From the NCBI RefSeq assembly GCF_009914755.1, contig NC_060931.1: a stretch of 64,000 nt of DNA; one strand, given 5' to 3'. This document shows, one piece after another, positions 61,681 through 64,000 of the stretch. Numbering within the stretch: position 1 is the first letter of the stretch; each line of letters opens with the position of its first letter. The position numbers and the translations under genes were made by a program. The notes beneath the pieces are model-generated. The model made no database searches and was not told where the DNA came from. It saw only the letters and a list, made by a program, of their open reading frames with translations. This DNA comes from the human T2T-CHM13v2.0 reference genome, Homo sapiens.

Positions 61681-62307
61681 TGGAAGGCAAGTCTATTTAA
61701 ATATTGCCATGTTAATGGCCGTGAAGTGGTTTGCTCAGCAGGCTAGAAAAGAACCTGACTCAATTTGTATTTATGCTCTTAACCTCTGCTGAAGATTTCC
61801 TCTTGGACTGCAGATCACGATACCACAGTTTCATTGCCCTGGCACAAGGGAAACAATTTCTCTCCATTTAAAGGCTGTGATAATGCTTTATGAGGGTGCC
61901 CTTCACTTGCTGAGATATTAAAATGATAATAAATCAAAGTTCAACACAGTGGATGAGCCGCAGCTTCATCAACATTTAGAGAATCCCTTGTAGATTTCCT
62001 GGTGAATTGCCCTTGATCCTTCCTACTCGTTCGTACTTAGGCTCCTGGAGAGAATTCAGAATGCAACAGAGAGAGGCTAGGGGATGCAGGAGAGAAGAAG
62101 GAAGTTTTGCAATTTTGGTATACCTGGTCTAAGTGGGACCTGTGGCAGGCAGAGCAGACAGGAGGGGCTGGCTCGTGTGTGATTCTAAGGGGCGGGTGGA
62201 ATGGGGGTAAGTAGCTTTTAGAGACCTGCACATTCATGTCCCTCATCCCAATACTCCTTTTCTGGGGCCATGTATTCATGGAGGCTGAGAATGATGCATA
62301 CCTTCAA

Positions 62308-63285
<978 letters not shown>

Positions 63286-63307
63286 TTCTTTTTTTCTGAC
63301 TCATTGA

Positions 63308-64000
63308 TTTTTTTTTTTTAACTTTTATTTTAGGCTCAGGGTTTGTTATATAGGTAAACTCATGTCATGGGAGTTTGTTGTACAGATTATTTCATCACCC
63401 AGGTATAAGCCTAGTACCCAATAGTTATTTTTTTCTGATCCTCTCCCTCCACTCACCCTCCACCCTAGAGTAGGCCCCAGTGCGTGTTGTTCCCCTCTTT
63501 GTGCCCATGTGTTCTCATTGTTTAGCTCTCACTTATAAGTGAGAACATGTGGTATTTGGTTTTCTGTTCCTGCATTAGTTTGCTAACGATGATGGCCTGC
63601 AGCTCCATCCATGTTCCTCTAAAGGACATGATCTCATTCTTTTTTATGGCTGCATAGTATTTCATGGTGTGTATGTACCACATTTTCTTTCTTTATCCTG
63701 TCATTGATGGGCATTTAGGTTGATTCCATGTCTTTGCTATTGTCAATAGTGCTGCAACAAACATATGTGTGCATGTGTCTTTATAATAGAACGATTTATA
63801 CTTCTTTGGGTATATACCCAGTAATGGGATTGCTGGGTCAAATGGCAGTTCTGTTTTTAGCTCTTTGAGGAATCACCACACTGCATTCCACAGTGGTTGA
63901 ACTAATTAACACTCCCACCAGCAATGTATCAGCGTTCCCTTTACTCCTCAACCTCACCAGCGTCTGTCATTTTTTTGACACTTTAATAATAGCCATTCTG
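63308..64000 (-). mobile_element. L1PA15/16-like 3' end running off the window
   Basis: GGTAAACTCATGTCATGG and CACTTATAAGTGAGAACATG L1 3'UTR motifs. Confidence 0.88.

Overview
Primate (human or great-ape-like) non-coding DNA, intergenic or deep intronic. No protein-coding exon can be supported: the supplied ORFs derive from Alu, LTR or low-complexity sequence. About 65-70 Alu copies (J, S and Y types) are interleaved with ERV1 solo LTRs (LTR12D-like, MER41B, MER50-like, LTR8), ERVL/MaLR LTRs (MLT2A1, MST, MLT1, LTR16, LTR33), L1 3' fragments, MIR/L2 relics and long simple repeats. Repeat family names are by recall of consensus sequences, not a database search. Best leads: (1) a tRNA-Trp(CCA) copy that looks like an inserted unprocessed pre-tRNA (leader, body, trailer ending in TTTT) between 23-bp direct repeats; (2) a CpG-rich unique element with seven TGACA sites at 39 kb; (3) a duplicated ~123-bp module keeping a double E-box; (4) several local copy events: a direct/inverted/direct triplication, a templated insertion that was then tandemly amplified, and a ~132-bp Alu-derived tandem array; (5) a degenerate interstitial telomeric tract and a 900-bp purine/pyrimidine-alternating minisatellite. 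The locus could not be named, and I see no convincing new multi-gene system.
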